The position numbers and the translations under genes are program-made. From positions 1 through 54,985 of the forward strand of contig JBHJOQ010000026.1 of assembly GCA_050329555.1 (NCBI GenBank): a DNA stretch of 54,985 bases. The letters run 5' to 3'. This document shows positions 36,789-46,627 of this stretch, in pieces. This stretch comes from Acidimicrobiia bacterium. Lineage in GTDB: Bacteria > Actinomycetota > Acidimicrobiia > Spongiisociales > ZC4RG35. Positions within the stretch are counted from its first letter, which is position 1. Each line of letters opens with the position of its first letter. The notes under the pieces were generated by a model. That model saw only the letters and a program-made list of their open reading frames with translations. It made no database searches and had not been told where the DNA came from.

Positions 36789-37099
36789 CTGGCGCCCTGG
36801 TCCTTGCTCGCGTCTCTGGCTCCGGGCCTGCGGAACATCTGGAGCATCCGGTCGGTGACCAGGAAGCCGCCGACGACGTTCACCGTGGCGGTGACCACGG
36901 CGAGGAACCCGAGCACTTCGACTATCGGGGATGCACCGAGACCGGCGGCAGTTACCGCGGCGATCACAGTTATGCCGGATATCGCGTTTGCGCCGGACAT
37001 CAGGGGAGTGTGCAGAGTGGGGGGAACCTTGCTGATCACTTCGAACCCGACGAAGGCCGCCAGAACGAAGACCGTGATTCCGACGATAAGGACACTCAT
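36785..37099 (-). CDS. pntAB: NAD(P) transhydrogenase alpha subunit, part 2
   Basis: KVPPTLHTPLMSGANAISG, NVVGGFLVTDRML. Confidence 0.94.
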   Translation of the reverse strand: MSVLIVGITVFVLAAFVGFEVISKVPPTLHTPLMSGANAISGITVIAAVTAAGLGASPIVEVLGFLAVVTATVNVVGGFLVTDRMLQMFRRPGARDASKDQGAR

Positions 37100-38229
37100 G
37101 AGGCCCCACTGGAGCTGATACGACGGCGCACGACTGGATGGTTCACTTTGCCCTCATGGGTAATGCAAGCCTCGGAGATGATCTCGTCGTCGAAGTCCAT
37201 GGACAACTCTCCATCCTCACCGGTGATCCGGTCGAGCAGTGATGCCACATTGCGGGCGTACATCTGGCTGGCGTCGTAGGCGACCTGTCCGGCAAGGTCG
37301 ACGGCACCGACGATCGTGACACCGTTGACCACAACTGTCTCTCCGGGAACTGTTGGCTCACAGTTGCCACCCGCTGGTGCAGCCACGTCGACGATCACCG
37401 AGCCGGGCCGCATCCGCTCCACCATCTCCGTCGAGACAAGCAGGGGGGCGGGAGAGCCCGGAATCTGTGCTGTTGTGATCAGGACGTCGGCCTCGGCAAC
37501 ATGTGCGCTCAGGGCATCTTGTTGGCGTCGCTGGGTCTCATCTGCGACCTGTTTGGCGTAACCGCTTGCCGCTGCCGCAGATTCGTCGACAGGAGCCGAC
37601 ACGAATTTGGCCCCGAGGCTCTCGATCTGCTGGCTGACCTCAGGACGGATGTCGTATGCGGAGACGACAGCCCCCAATCGCTTGGCGGTCGCGATCGCCT
37701 GCAACCCGGCGACACCGGCGCCGAGGACCAGGAGCTTCACTGGCGGGATGGTGCCTGCCGCGGTCACCAACATCGGGAACAAGCGCGGGCTGGTGAAGGC
37801 GGCGGTGAGGACAGCCTGGTAGCCGGCCGCGGTGGCTTGTGACGACAGTGCATCCATGCTCTGGGCGAGAGTTGTTCGCGGAATTGCCTCCATGGCAAAC
37901 GAGGTGATCTCGCGGTCGATCATCGCCTGCACGTGCGGCCCTGCGGCGAAAGGGTCGAGAAACCCGATGAGAACTGCGCCGGAGGGGATGCTTTCGATCA
38001 GGCCTACGGTCGGGGGGCCTACGGTGATGATTACCTCGGCTCCGGTCAGGGGGTCGCTACCCACGTCGGCTCCCGCCGATCGGTACTGCTCGTCGTCGAA
38101 ACCCGCTGCCTCTCCAGCTCCCGACTCGATCGAGACCTGGTGGCGGTTCTCGACGATCCTTACGACCACCTGTGGCGTGAGGGCCACCCGGCGCTCACCC
38201 GTCGACTCCTTGGGAACTGCAATCCGCAT
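37096..38229 (-). CDS. pntAA: NAD(P) transhydrogenase alpha subunit, part 1
   Basis: ERRVA, PRTTLAQSMDALSSQ, TAAGT, GAGVAGLQAIATA, GGNCE. Confidence 0.94.
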   Translation of the reverse strand: MRIAVPKESTGERRVALTPQVVVRIVENRHQVSIESGAGEAAGFDDEQYRSAGADVGSDPLTGAEVIITVGPPTVGLIESIPSGAVLIGFLDPFAAGPHVQAMIDREITSFAMEAIPRTTLAQSMDALSSQATAAGYQAVLTAAFTSPRLFPMLVTAAGTIPPVKLLVLGAGVAGLQAIATAKRLGAVVSAYDIRPEVSQQIESLGAKFVSAPVDESAAAASGYAKQVADETQRRQQDALSAHVAEADVLITTAQIPGSPAPLLVSTEMVERMRPGSVIVDVAAPAGGNCEPTVPGETVVVNGVTIVGAVDLAGQVAYDASQMYARNVASLLDRITGEDGELSMDFDDEIISEACITHEGKVNHPVVRRRISSSGAS

Positions 38230-39395
38230 CAGCTTTGCACCTGCCCCGATCCGAGGTTCAAGAGTGCGGCCACCCCACCGCGTATCCCGTGGCCGACCGC
38301 CGCCTCGTCCAACTGGAAGGACGAAGAGTGGAGGTCGCCGTGGCCCTTTGCCGCACCCAGCCTGACCAGGGCACCGGGCACGACGTCGAGATAGTTGGCG
38401 AAGTCCTCACCTCCCATACTGGTCGGGGTGTGGACTATGGCTTCGTCGCCGTAGAGCGAACTTATTGCGTCGGCCACCCTTGTGACTACCCGGGCGTCGT
38501 TGACCACCGGGGGGATCGCCCGCTGATAGGTGAGTTCGTAACCGGCCTCGCTGACCGCGACCAGGTTGGAGAGGATCTTCTCCATAAGCGCCGGCATCTC
38601 GTCCCACACCTCCCGGTCGAGTGCGCGCGCCGTGCCTTTCAGCTCCAGGCGGGTCGGGATGACATTTTCGGTTGTCCCACCGTGTATCGAACCGAAAACC
38701 ACCGTGAGGGCGCGCCTCGCGTCGATGCTCGACCTGAGGGCGGCGGGGAGGTCGACCACGATTCGCGCCGCAGCGTCTACGAGGTTGACGGTCTGGTGTG
38801 GCCGGGCGGTGTGGCCGCCCGGGCCGGTCAGGGCAATGGTGAATTTGTCGGCGCTGGCTGTGATCGCGCCGATCCGTATGCCGAACTTGCCCGCTTCGGT
38901 TGCAGGGTCGACGTGGAACGCCAGAATCGAGGACAGTCCGTCGACCAAACCGTCGCCGACCATCTCGACAGCTCCGCCCGGAAAGCCCTCTTCGGCAGGC
39001 TGGAACAGAAATCGGACCCCGGGGCTTTTTTCAATCTGGCTGAGGACAACGGCGATACCGAAGGCGATAGCCGAGTGGGCGTCATGGCCGCAGGCATGCA
39101 TCCATCCCGGATTCAGCGACTCGGGTATGTTTCCCGCGGGCTCTTCTATAGGTAGTGCGTCGATATCGGCCCGGAAGGCGCAGACCGGGTTGGGCTTGCT
39201 GTCAACCCATAACCCGGTGCGCGGCGTCCGGTCCCCCGGTTCCAGCCCGAAAGCTACTAGCGCCTCTTTGATGAGCCGGGTTGTCTCGTATTCGTGATAC
39301 GAAGGTTCCGGGTTCTGATGTAAGTCTCGTCGCAGCTCGAGGGCCCGAGGCAGGACGCGCTCGATCAATTCTCCGACTTCATCGGGTGGTTGCAT
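38229..39395 (-). CDS. M20D family amidohydrolase
   Basis: LHQNPE, RADIDALP, MHACGHDAH, QPAEE, GGHTARPH, GGEDF, LHS. Confidence 0.92.
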   Translation of the reverse strand: MQPPDEVGELIERVLPRALELRRDLHQNPEPSYHEYETTRLIKEALVAFGLEPGDRTPRTGLWVDSKPNPVCAFRADIDALPIEEPAGNIPESLNPGWMHACGHDAHSAIAFGIAVVLSQIEKSPGVRFLFQPAEEGFPGGAVEMVGDGLVDGLSSILAFHVDPATEAGKFGIRIGAITASADKFTIALTGPGGHTARPHQTVNLVDAAARIVVDLPAALRSSIDARRALTVVFGSIHGGTTENVIPTRLELKGTARALDREVWDEMPALMEKILSNLVAVSEAGYELTYQRAIPPVVNDARVVTRVADAISSLYGDEAIVHTPTSMGGEDFANYLDVVPGALVRLGAAKGHGDLHSSSFQLDEAAVGHGIRGGVAALLNLGSGQVQS

Positions 39396-39442
39396 GCACC
39401 TGAAGCCTAACCGCAACAGGAAAGGATCTTGTTGGCTGACGC

Positions 39443-42169
39443 TTACTCGTAGAAGAGGCGCTCGAAAACACGGCGGGCCCGTCTCGTGACCTGTAGGAAG
39501 TGTTCTCGCAGTTCGACGGTCCTGTCGTAACCAAGCGACGATGCCAGCTTGGAAAGCTGATCAGGATCTGTCGGCAGGGAGTCGGCGAGACGCCCCCGCT
39601 GTAGATGCAGACGTAGTCGCACTCGGGTGCAGAACTCGTATGAGTTGATCAGGGTGTTGTGGTCGCTCGTCTGGATCGCTCCCATCTCGAGCAGTGCGCT
39701 CAGGGCCTTCGGCGTCACGGTTGTGCGGAGGTCGGGGTTGGCAGCCCCGTGCTTTAGCTGGAGAAGCTGGGTCACGAACTCGATGTCGCTGAGAGAGCCC
39801 GGGCCCAGCTTTATGTGAAAGTCGGCATCCTCATCCGGGTCGATGCGCTCCGTTTCGACCCGCGCCTTGATCTTGCGGATCGATTGGATCACCTCGGGCC
39901 TGACCTGCTCACGCCAGAGAATCGGGTTGATCGTGCCGTAGAAGGCGTTGATCACATCTGGATGGCCTCCAACCGCTCTTGCCCGGGTGAGGGCAAGGAT
40001 CTCCCAGGGCTCTGCCCACTCCGTGTAATAGCGACGGAGGCTCTCCACCGAACGTGCTATCGGGCCGCTCTTGCCTTCTGGCCTGAGGCCGGCGTCGAGT
40101 TCGTAGCCCTCTCCGTGTTTGCCGGGATCACTGAGGATCTGGCGCAACTGTCCGGGAATGGCCAGAGCTTCATCTCGATCCATTCCCTCGTAGACATACA
40201 TCACGTCGAGGTCGGAACCGTAGGACAGCTCGCCGCCTCCCCACCTTCCCAGCGCAATAACCGCAAACTTCTGCGACGGAGCGGCGGCTTCGAGCGCTGC
40301 GGCCATCGCGGCGTCTGCGGTGACAGAGAGAGCTTCGATCGTCCCCGTAACCGGGTGGTTTCTCAGAATGTCCCGGGCGGCGATCCTGAGGCGGCGTCGG
40401 CGGGCGAATCTCCGGATCGTCCCGATCCGGTCGTCGATGTCCGGCCGGGACTCCAAGAGCCCGAGGAGCCGGGAGACGGACTCATCGCGGTCCCTGACCT
40501 GGTCCAGCGCCTCGTCGCTCTCGAGTCTGGGGATTGCTTCCGGAATGCGGTCGATCAGGTCGCCGAGAAGGCGTCCCGTTCCCAGGAGCATGGCCAGGCG
40601 CTCGCCGGTGGTCGGACTGTTCAACAGGCGCGCCACCAGCGACGAGTGGTCGGGGGTGTGGGCCAACAACAGCCGGAGCTGACTCAAACCCAGATCCGGA
40701 TCGGGCGAAAGTGACAGCCAATCGAGCATCAAGGGCATCATCTGCTGCATCGCCGTCGATCTTCTGCTGAGGCCCTTGGTTAGCTCTTCGAGGGCTTTGC
40801 CCGACTCCCGGGGATTCCCGAACCCAAGTGCAGTCAGCCGCTCACCCGCCCGGTCGGGGCCCAGGCGGGCACTCGGGGAGCCGACCAGGGACTCGAGCAC
40901 CGGTCTGAAGTAGATCCGCTCGTGGAGGGTTCGGGCCCGGCTCCTGGTCTCCCTGAGTCGCTCAGTCAGCTCTTCGGCGTCATTCATCCCGAGGTTGGAT
41001 GCCAGGCGGGCCCGATCGTCCTCCCCACCGGGGAAACGGTGGGTCTGGCGGAGGTCCCAAAGCTGTATCTGGTGTTCGAGGCGACGGAGGAACCGGTATC
41101 CCTCCTCGAGTTCTGCGCGCTCTTCGGGTGTGATGAACTCCCCGGATTCCAGGGCGTCGAGCGCTCCGAGGGTGGACCGCACCCGCACCGTTGCGTCGTG
41201 CCTGCCATGGACCAGCTGCAGCATCTGGACGGTGAACTCGATGTCCCTGATCCCACCGGGCGCCCGCTTGATGTCCTCGGGACTTGCCCGCTCCTCCGTC
41301 ATTGCCTTGATCCTCCGCAGACCGCGGAGGGCATCGACGTCCAGCCCCTTCTCCCAGACGAACCGCGATGCCAATGCATCGAATTGCCGGCCAAGTGCCT
41401 CGCTCCCGGCCGCCGGTCGCGCCTTGATCAACGCCTGCAACTCCCAGGGCTCGGCCCATTTCTCGTAGTAGCGCTCATAAGCCTCCATCCGCCGGGTCAA
41501 GGCCCCCATCGTCCCTTCCGGTCGGAGGTCGGCGTCGATGATCAGGCCGGGACCTTCGAAAGTCGAGTCGGAGAGTGTCGCCATGAGCCTGCTCGCCAGT
41601 GCCAGCGCCGCCCTCCGTCCCGCTTCGGGATCAGACGGGTACTCACCGTGGACGAACAACAGATCGATGTCCGAGTAGTAGTTGAGTTCTTCGGCGCCCC
41701 ACTTGCCCATAGCGATCACCGCAAACTCGATATCGGCCGCTTGAGGATGTTGTGTCGCGACTCGGTCCCTGGCAGAGCCGAGCGCCTGTTCGATGAGCCC
41801 ATCGACGAAAGTCGAGTACCGCAGCATTGCACCGGAGAGGTCGACGGTGCCCAGGACCTCGTCTCCCGCGATCTGAAACAGTGCCTGGCGCTGCTGCAAA
41901 GGGAGGGAGTGGTCTCCGGCGTGAGCGCGGTCGAGCAACGAGGGGTGGTTGGCGAGGGCTGCAGGGAGTGCGCGGCTCACCGACGCCACCGCACATAACC
42001 TGGCCATGGTCTCGTCGTCGAGAGCTGACAGCTCCACGGCGGCAAGGACCGGCCCGAGCCGGCCCAGCGCTTCCCCGCGCCCAGGGCCGAGCACGTCTGC
42101 GGCCCGGGCCAGAGCTGCCTCCCGGCCCTCTGAATCCCCGTTGGATTTCGGCTCCACCTTGTCGTTCAC
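39443..42169 (-). CDS. glnE: Bifunctional glutamine synthetase adenylyltransferase/deadenylase
   Basis: Two NTase domains: MGKWGAEELNYYSDIDL...DLRPEG and LGRWGGGELSYGSDLD...LRPEG. Confidence 0.95.
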   Translation of the reverse strand: MNDKVEPKSNGDSEGREAALARAADVLGPGRGEALGRLGPVLAAVELSALDDETMARLCAVASVSRALPAALANHPSLLDRAHAGDHSLPLQQRQALFQIAGDEVLGTVDLSGAMLRYSTFVDGLIEQALGSARDRVATQHPQAADIEFAVIAMGKWGAEELNYYSDIDLLFVHGEYPSDPEAGRRAALALASRLMATLSDSTFEGPGLIIDADLRPEGTMGALTRRMEAYERYYEKWAEPWELQALIKARPAAGSEALGRQFDALASRFVWEKGLDVDALRGLRRIKAMTEERASPEDIKRAPGGIRDIEFTVQMLQLVHGRHDATVRVRSTLGALDALESGEFITPEERAELEEGYRFLRRLEHQIQLWDLRQTHRFPGGEDDRARLASNLGMNDAEELTERLRETRSRARTLHERIYFRPVLESLVGSPSARLGPDRAGERLTALGFGNPRESGKALEELTKGLSRRSTAMQQMMPLMLDWLSLSPDPDLGLSQLRLLLAHTPDHSSLVARLLNSPTTGERLAMLLGTGRLLGDLIDRIPEAIPRLESDEALDQVRDRDESVSRLLGLLESRPDIDDRIGTIRRFARRRRLRIAARDILRNHPVTGTIEALSVTADAAMAAALEAAAPSQKFAVIALGRWGGGELSYGSDLDVMYVYEGMDRDEALAIPGQLRQILSDPGKHGEGYELDAGLRPEGKSGPIARSVESLRRYYTEWAEPWEILALTRARAVGGHPDVINAFYGTINPILWREQVRPEVIQSIRKIKARVETERIDPDEDADFHIKLGPGSLSDIEFVTQLLQLKHGAANPDLRTTVTPKALSALLEMGAIQTSDHNTLINSYEFCTRVRLRLHLQRGRLADSLPTDPDQLSKLASSLGYDRTVELREHFLQVTRRARRVFERLFYE

Positions 42170-42203
42170 ACCAACAGGCTAAGAGGTTGAATAACGTGCG
42201 GCG
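42170..42203. promoter_or_regulatory. Back-to-back leaderless promoters for glnE and nadE
   Basis: TAGCCT (minus, 42176-42181) 6 nt before GTG; TAACGT (plus, 42192-42197) 6 nt before ATG. Confidence 0.6.
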
Positions 42204-43868
42204 ATGCCGTTTCGTATCGCGGGCGCCCAACTCAACCTCGTCGTCGGCGATATCGCCGGAAACGAGCGCCGCATAATCGAGGCGGTCGAGCGCGCAACCG
42301 ATGCGGGCGCCTCCGTTCTGCTCCTGCCCGAGCTGGCCATCAACGGGTACCCGCCCGAGGATCTGGTCCATCGATCCGATTTCGTCGATGCCGGTATCGC
42401 TGCGCTGCGTCGGATCGCCCGCGCCACCTCGACCACTGACCTGGTGGTCGGGTTCGTCGACCATGCCCCGAGCCCCTCAGCAGGAGCGGCCGACTCGGTA
42501 GAGCGGCGGGTGGCAAACGGCGCAGCTCTTCTCGGCGAGGGTGAGATCAAGGGGATCTACCACAAGGTGCACCTCCCCAATTACGGAGTGTTCGACGAGG
42601 ACCGCTACTTCTCGGCTGGCTCTCACCCCGACCGCATCTGGGAGATCGCAGGGGTTCCGGTCGGGATATCGATTTGCGAGGACATCTGGCTTGCCGATGG
42701 GCCCCCGCGAATGCAGGCGGCAGCGGGAGCCAGAGTGCTGCTCAACATCAACGCTTCCCCTTTCCACGCTGGAAAGGCAAAAGAGCGTGAAGACATGCTC
42801 GCTGCCAGGGCGCGGGCCAGCGGGACCCCGGTCGCTTATCTGAACCTGGTCGGTGGCCAGGACGAGCTGGTATTCGACGGGGCGTCGGTGGTATTCGACG
42901 AGCGGGGCGACGTGGTCCACAGGTCGCCGCAGTTCGAGGAGGACTTCTTCGTCGTCGACTGCCCGCTGCCCGGAGAGCCCGGGTTGGATCACTCCGAGGC
43001 TGCGGCTCTGCTCGATCCGGTCGAGGAGGTGTATCGGGCCCTCACTGCGGGACTTGCCGACTATGTGACCAAGAACGGGTTCTCCCGGGTCCTGATCGGG
43101 TTGTCCGGGGGGATCGACTCCGCTCTCACCGCAACCCTGGCGGCTGATGCCCTCGGCCCGGAGAATGTCTGGGGCATTTCGATGCCATCCCGCTTCTCCA
43201 GCCAGCACTCCATTGACGACGCCCGTCAGTTGTCGCTCAACCTCGGCATCGAGTTCGACCTGTTCTCCATCGACAATGTGTTCGGGGCGTACCTGGAGAC
43301 GCTCGAGGGCCCGTTTGCCGGGACGGAGTTTGGAGTCGCCGAGGAGAACATCCAGGCGCGGGTGCGCGGAGCGCTGCTGATGGCTCTGTCGAACAAGTTC
43401 GGCCCGATGGTCCTTGCCACCGGCAACAAGTCTGAAATGGCCGCTGGCTACGCAACGTTGTACGGCGACATGGTTGGCGGGTACGCGGTGCTAAAGGACG
43501 TGTTCAAGACCCTGGTGTACGAGCTGGCGACCTGGCGGAACAAGGAAGGGGAGCTGATACCAGCGAACAGCATCTCCAAGCCGCCCTCTGCCGAACTCCG
43601 GCCCGATCAGAAAGACTCCGACTCGCTACCCCCGTATGACCTGTTCGACTCGATCCTGGCGAGGTACATCGAACGGGACATGGGCGTCACCGATATCATC
43701 GCCGAGGGTTACGATCCGTCGACGGTGATGCGCGTGGCGGCGATGGTCGACCGCAACGAGTACAAGCGGAGGCAGGCCGCCCCGGGGGTCAAGATCACAG
43801 TCAAGGCGTTTGGCAAAGACCGCCGGCTTCCCATAACCAATCATTACCGCCCGGCACCGGATGAGTAG
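42204..43868 (+). CDS. nadE: Glutamine-dependent NAD+ synthetase
   Basis: Nitrilase triad (PEL, K in YHKVHLPNY, ICED) plus GLSGGIDS, ENIQAR, TGNKSE, PSAEL. Confidence 0.96.
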   Translation: MPFRIAGAQLNLVVGDIAGNERRIIEAVERATDAGASVLLLPELAINGYPPEDLVHRSDFVDAGIAALRRIARATSTTDLVVGFVDHAPSPSAGAADSVERRVANGAALLGEGEIKGIYHKVHLPNYGVFDEDRYFSAGSHPDRIWEIAGVPVGISICEDIWLADGPPRMQAAAGARVLLNINASPFHAGKAKEREDMLAARARASGTPVAYLNLVGGQDELVFDGASVVFDERGDVVHRSPQFEEDFFVVDCPLPGEPGLDHSEAAALLDPVEEVYRALTAGLADYVTKNGFSRVLIGLSGGIDSALTATLAADALGPENVWGISMPSRFSSQHSIDDARQLSLNLGIEFDLFSIDNVFGAYLETLEGPFAGTEFGVAEENIQARVRGALLMALSNKFGPMVLATGNKSEMAAGYATLYGDMVGGYAVLKDVFKTLVYELATWRNKEGELIPANSISKPPSAELRPDQKDSDSLPPYDLFDSILARYIERDMGVTDIIAEGYDPSTVMRVAAMVDRNEYKRRQAAPGVKITVKAFGKDRRLPITNHYRPAPDE

Positions 43869-44676
43869 AAAGGTCTGGGTCAACGGAGTCCTCTCGGATG
43901 GCCGTATCGACGTCACCGACTCCTCGGTTCTCCGCGGCGACGGCTGTTTCGAGGTGATGCGGGCATACCAAGGCCGGGTCTTCGCAGCAACCGATCACCT
44001 GGATCGCCTCGAGAAAAGTGCGCGAATGCTCGGGATTGCTCTGCCCGCACGGGAGGACCTCCTCAGTTGGATCGAGGGCGCCGCCGCAGACCAGCCCGAC
44101 GGTGCGGTCAGGGTGGTGGTGACGAGAGGGTCTGCGATCCCCGGTGAGGAACAGCATCCGCTCGTCGTGGTATTCGCACATCTCTGGAGCGAGGGACCCG
44201 ACGCTGTCGCCCTCGGGCCGGTGCGGGCTCCCTGGCACGGCGCCGGAGAGGAGTGGGAGTTGAGCGGGGCCAAGGTGCTCAGCTATGCGCCCAACCTGTC
44301 CGCAACCCGCTCCGCCCGGGCCGATGGGTTCGACGACGCCGTTCTGATTTCAACAGAGGGCGTGGTTCTCGAGGGCCCGACCTTCTCACTGGCGTGGGTG
44401 TGCGACGGTGTGATCGAGACACCCGCGTTGAGCCTGGGAATCCTCGATTCGATTACTCGCCGCCACGTCCTGGACCTCGCCGCTGAGGAGGGGTTGGTGA
44501 CGGTAGAGGGATCGTGGAATCTGAGCCGTCTCGAGACCGCCGATGAGGTGATGGCACTGAGCACGATCAGGCAGGTGCAGCCGGTGAGCAAGGTAGGGAA
44601 TCTGGCATTCGACCCCGGACCGGTGACCCGACGGCTATCCCGAGCGTATGCTCAGCTGGTCGGCTCAGCGCTCTGA
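43861..44676 (+). CDS. Class IV PLP aminotransferase (ADC lyase / D-amino acid transaminase-like)
   Basis: RGDGCFE, HLDRL, GAKVLSYA (PLP Lys), LEGP, GIL.SITR. Confidence 0.85.
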   Translation: MSRKVWVNGVLSDGRIDVTDSSVLRGDGCFEVMRAYQGRVFAATDHLDRLEKSARMLGIALPAREDLLSWIEGAAADQPDGAVRVVVTRGSAIPGEEQHPLVVVFAHLWSEGPDAVALGPVRAPWHGAGEEWELSGAKVLSYAPNLSATRSARADGFDDAVLISTEGVVLEGPTFSLAWVCDGVIETPALSLGILDSITRRHVLDLAAEEGLVTVEGSWNLSRLETADEVMALSTIRQVQPVSKVGNLAFDPGPVTRRLSRAYAQLVGSAL

Positions 44677-46028
44677 GCGCAACCTGCCCCGTTGCCGAGT
44701 ATCCACCAGGACAACAGGCTCGCCGTCTCGGCCCTGGTAACAAGGCGGTCTGCGTCGATGGAGCCGTCGCAGATTCCGATGATTCCGAGCACGCGCAATC
44801 CGATTTCGGCCTCCCTGGCGTTGACGAGATCGAGACCGGGGTCGGCTTCGGGATCGGCGCCTCGCTGCCGCTGGGTGAGATTCACCCAATATGCGAGCCG
44901 GGCGAGGTCGCCGGCTGAGATACCCGATTGGAGGCAAGGGTCGAAGCTCCCACAGCCAAGGACCTCTTCGATGCGTTCGGCGGGGATTCTCTCCTGGAAC
45001 TCGAGGGGTCGTTCGGTCGCGAGCACCATCGGGGCGTCGAGCCCGGTCAACTGGCGGAGCAGCTCGACCACATCTGCGGGCTGAGCGAGAGAGTCGGGGC
45101 AGAACATCAGACCACGGTCGTCACAGTGCCAGAAGACGCCTTTCGTCACCAGGCGGGTGAGTTCAAACCCCAGGACAGATTGATCAACGTCGAGGTAAGC
45201 ACCTATCGCGTCGGGCAGCTCGCCGGCAGCGGCCCGGGCGGCCTGCAGGCTGCTGTACGGGTCGACCGCGTATCCGTCGGGGTGGCGCAACTCGAAGTGA
45301 AGGTGGGGGACGGTATCCTCGGCGTTGCCCGAGTCGCCGTTCCACCCGATCACCTCGCCGGCCACGACCGTGTCCCCGGCGGCCAATCCTGGCCTCACCC
45401 CGTGCCCCAGGCCGTCGTCTGTTCGCCAGGTGTCGTTGTTCAGGTGCACATACAGGCTCTGCCAGCCATCATTGTGGGTGATCAGGAGCCAGCAACAGTC
45501 GTCGGGAGGGGTCGAGTGGACTGCGGTCACCGTCCCGTCGGCCACCGCTACCACCGGAGCCATTTTCGGGACGACGAGGTCATTGCCCTTGTGTTTCCGG
45601 GCACCCCCGTCACGGTCGACCCCGAACCCCGAGAAGACCCGGCCCTCCACCGCCAACGGCCAATGCATCTCGTAGACCCAGCTGGTGCATGGCTCGGGCG
45701 GTGCCGGGGCGCGTGGGGCAGCCTCTGTGGTTGGCGACGTTGCGGTCGTTGCGACCGTGGTCGTGGTGGTGGATGTGTCCGGGCTCGAGGTCGACGAATC
45801 TGCCTGCGCGCTCGATTTGGTCTCGCCTCCGTCGGAAGTGGAGGTGGTGAACTCCGGGGTGGTCGTGGTCGTGGGGATCGGGTGCCCGTGGACGTCGAGG
45901 TGGGGGAAGAGTTGGTCGAGCGTCACCGGACCGCATTCACCCTCAGCCGCTTCTCCCGGGGCGGCGAGCCAGAAGAGGCCGCCCATAAGGGCTGCCACCG
46001 CAATGACTCCACCGATCTTCCCAGCCAT
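44652..46028 (-). CDS. Secreted M23 peptidase with S/T-rich linker and C-terminal SLH-like repeats
   Basis: Signal peptide; HKGND, YVHL, HLHFE Zn motifs; FCPD and VTRAETA SLH-like motifs. Confidence 0.82.
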   Translation of the reverse strand: MAGKIGGVIAVAALMGGLFWLAAPGEAAEGECGPVTLDQLFPHLDVHGHPIPTTTTTPEFTTSTSDGGETKSSAQADSSTSSPDTSTTTTTVATTATSPTTEAAPRAPAPPEPCTSWVYEMHWPLAVEGRVFSGFGVDRDGGARKHKGNDLVVPKMAPVVAVADGTVTAVHSTPPDDCCWLLITHNDGWQSLYVHLNNDTWRTDDGLGHGVRPGLAAGDTVVAGEVIGWNGDSGNAEDTVPHLHFELRHPDGYAVDPYSSLQAARAAAGELPDAIGAYLDVDQSVLGFELTRLVTKGVFWHCDDRGLMFCPDSLAQPADVVELLRQLTGLDAPMVLATERPLEFQERIPAERIEEVLGCGSFDPCLQSGISAGDLARLAYWVNLTQRQRGADPEADPGLDLVNAREAEIGLRVLGIIGICDGSIDADRLVTRAETASLLSWWILGNGAGCAQSAEPTS

Positions 46029-46096
46029 GGAGCCATGACACTACACAATTGGCCTGCCCGAGGAACTACGACAGGGATGTAGTACGTTGGAGGGGT

Positions 46097-46618
46097 ATGA
46101 AACGCTTCAAAACACTCAAGACTTTTTCACTGGTAATCGCTGTCTCTCTGGCCATGACGGCGTGTGACAATGGCGATGTCGAGCCGGAATTGACCACTAC
46201 CTCGTCGATTGTCGGCCAGACCACCGCTCCCGACCCGGACCCGACCACAACGGTCGGAGGCGGTGAGACGACCTCTACCACCCTGGTGGGCCAGACCGTT
46301 GACAGCTACGACGTGGTGCTGCGTGAGAGCACCGACGACGGAGAGACCCTCTACATCGTTGTGCCGCCCGGCGACTACACAGCCATCGACCTCGAGAACT
46401 TCATCGGTGACCTGATGGAAGGCGACGACGACCTGCAGAGCGTTGAGGTCTTCGACGATGCAGCAGCCCTTGATTCATTCCTGAAGGACGAGTCGGAGCA
46501 GACTGCTGGTGACCTCGCGGCCATCGATGCCCATCATCTGGTCAGCCTCGTCGATGCGCGCACCATCAGGTTCCAGGGGCCGTTCGCCGACGAGGGCGAA
46601 TACGCGATAGGCAGCTAA
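46097..46618 (+). CDS. Hypothetical acidic lipoprotein
   Basis: Basic N-terminus, hydrophobic stretch, MTAC lipobox, T-rich linker; GGAGG SD. Confidence 0.72.
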   Translation: MKRFKTLKTFSLVIAVSLAMTACDNGDVEPELTTTSSIVGQTTAPDPDPTTTVGGGETTSTTLVGQTVDSYDVVLRESTDDGETLYIVVPPGDYTAIDLENFIGDLMEGDDDLQSVEVFDDAAALDSFLKDESEQTAGDLAAIDAHHLVSLVDARTIRFQGPFADEGEYAIGS

Positions 46619-46627
46619 AGGATCTGG

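Noticed and set aside
36789-37109. Apparent 107-aa N-terminal extension of PntB
   Set aside because: Off-frame shadow over pntAB; PntB homology starts at ATG 36788
40922-46082. Long antisense ORFs (e.g. 40922-41998 and 44928-46082)
   Set aside because: Expected stop-poor shadows opposite real high-GC genes, with no recognisable motifs
46062-46089. GGAAC-N18-CGTTG ECF (SigH/SigR-like) promoter before the lipoprotein
   Set aside because: The spacer is one base longer than the usual consensus, it is a single instance, and an overlapping TACGTT -10 explains it equally well
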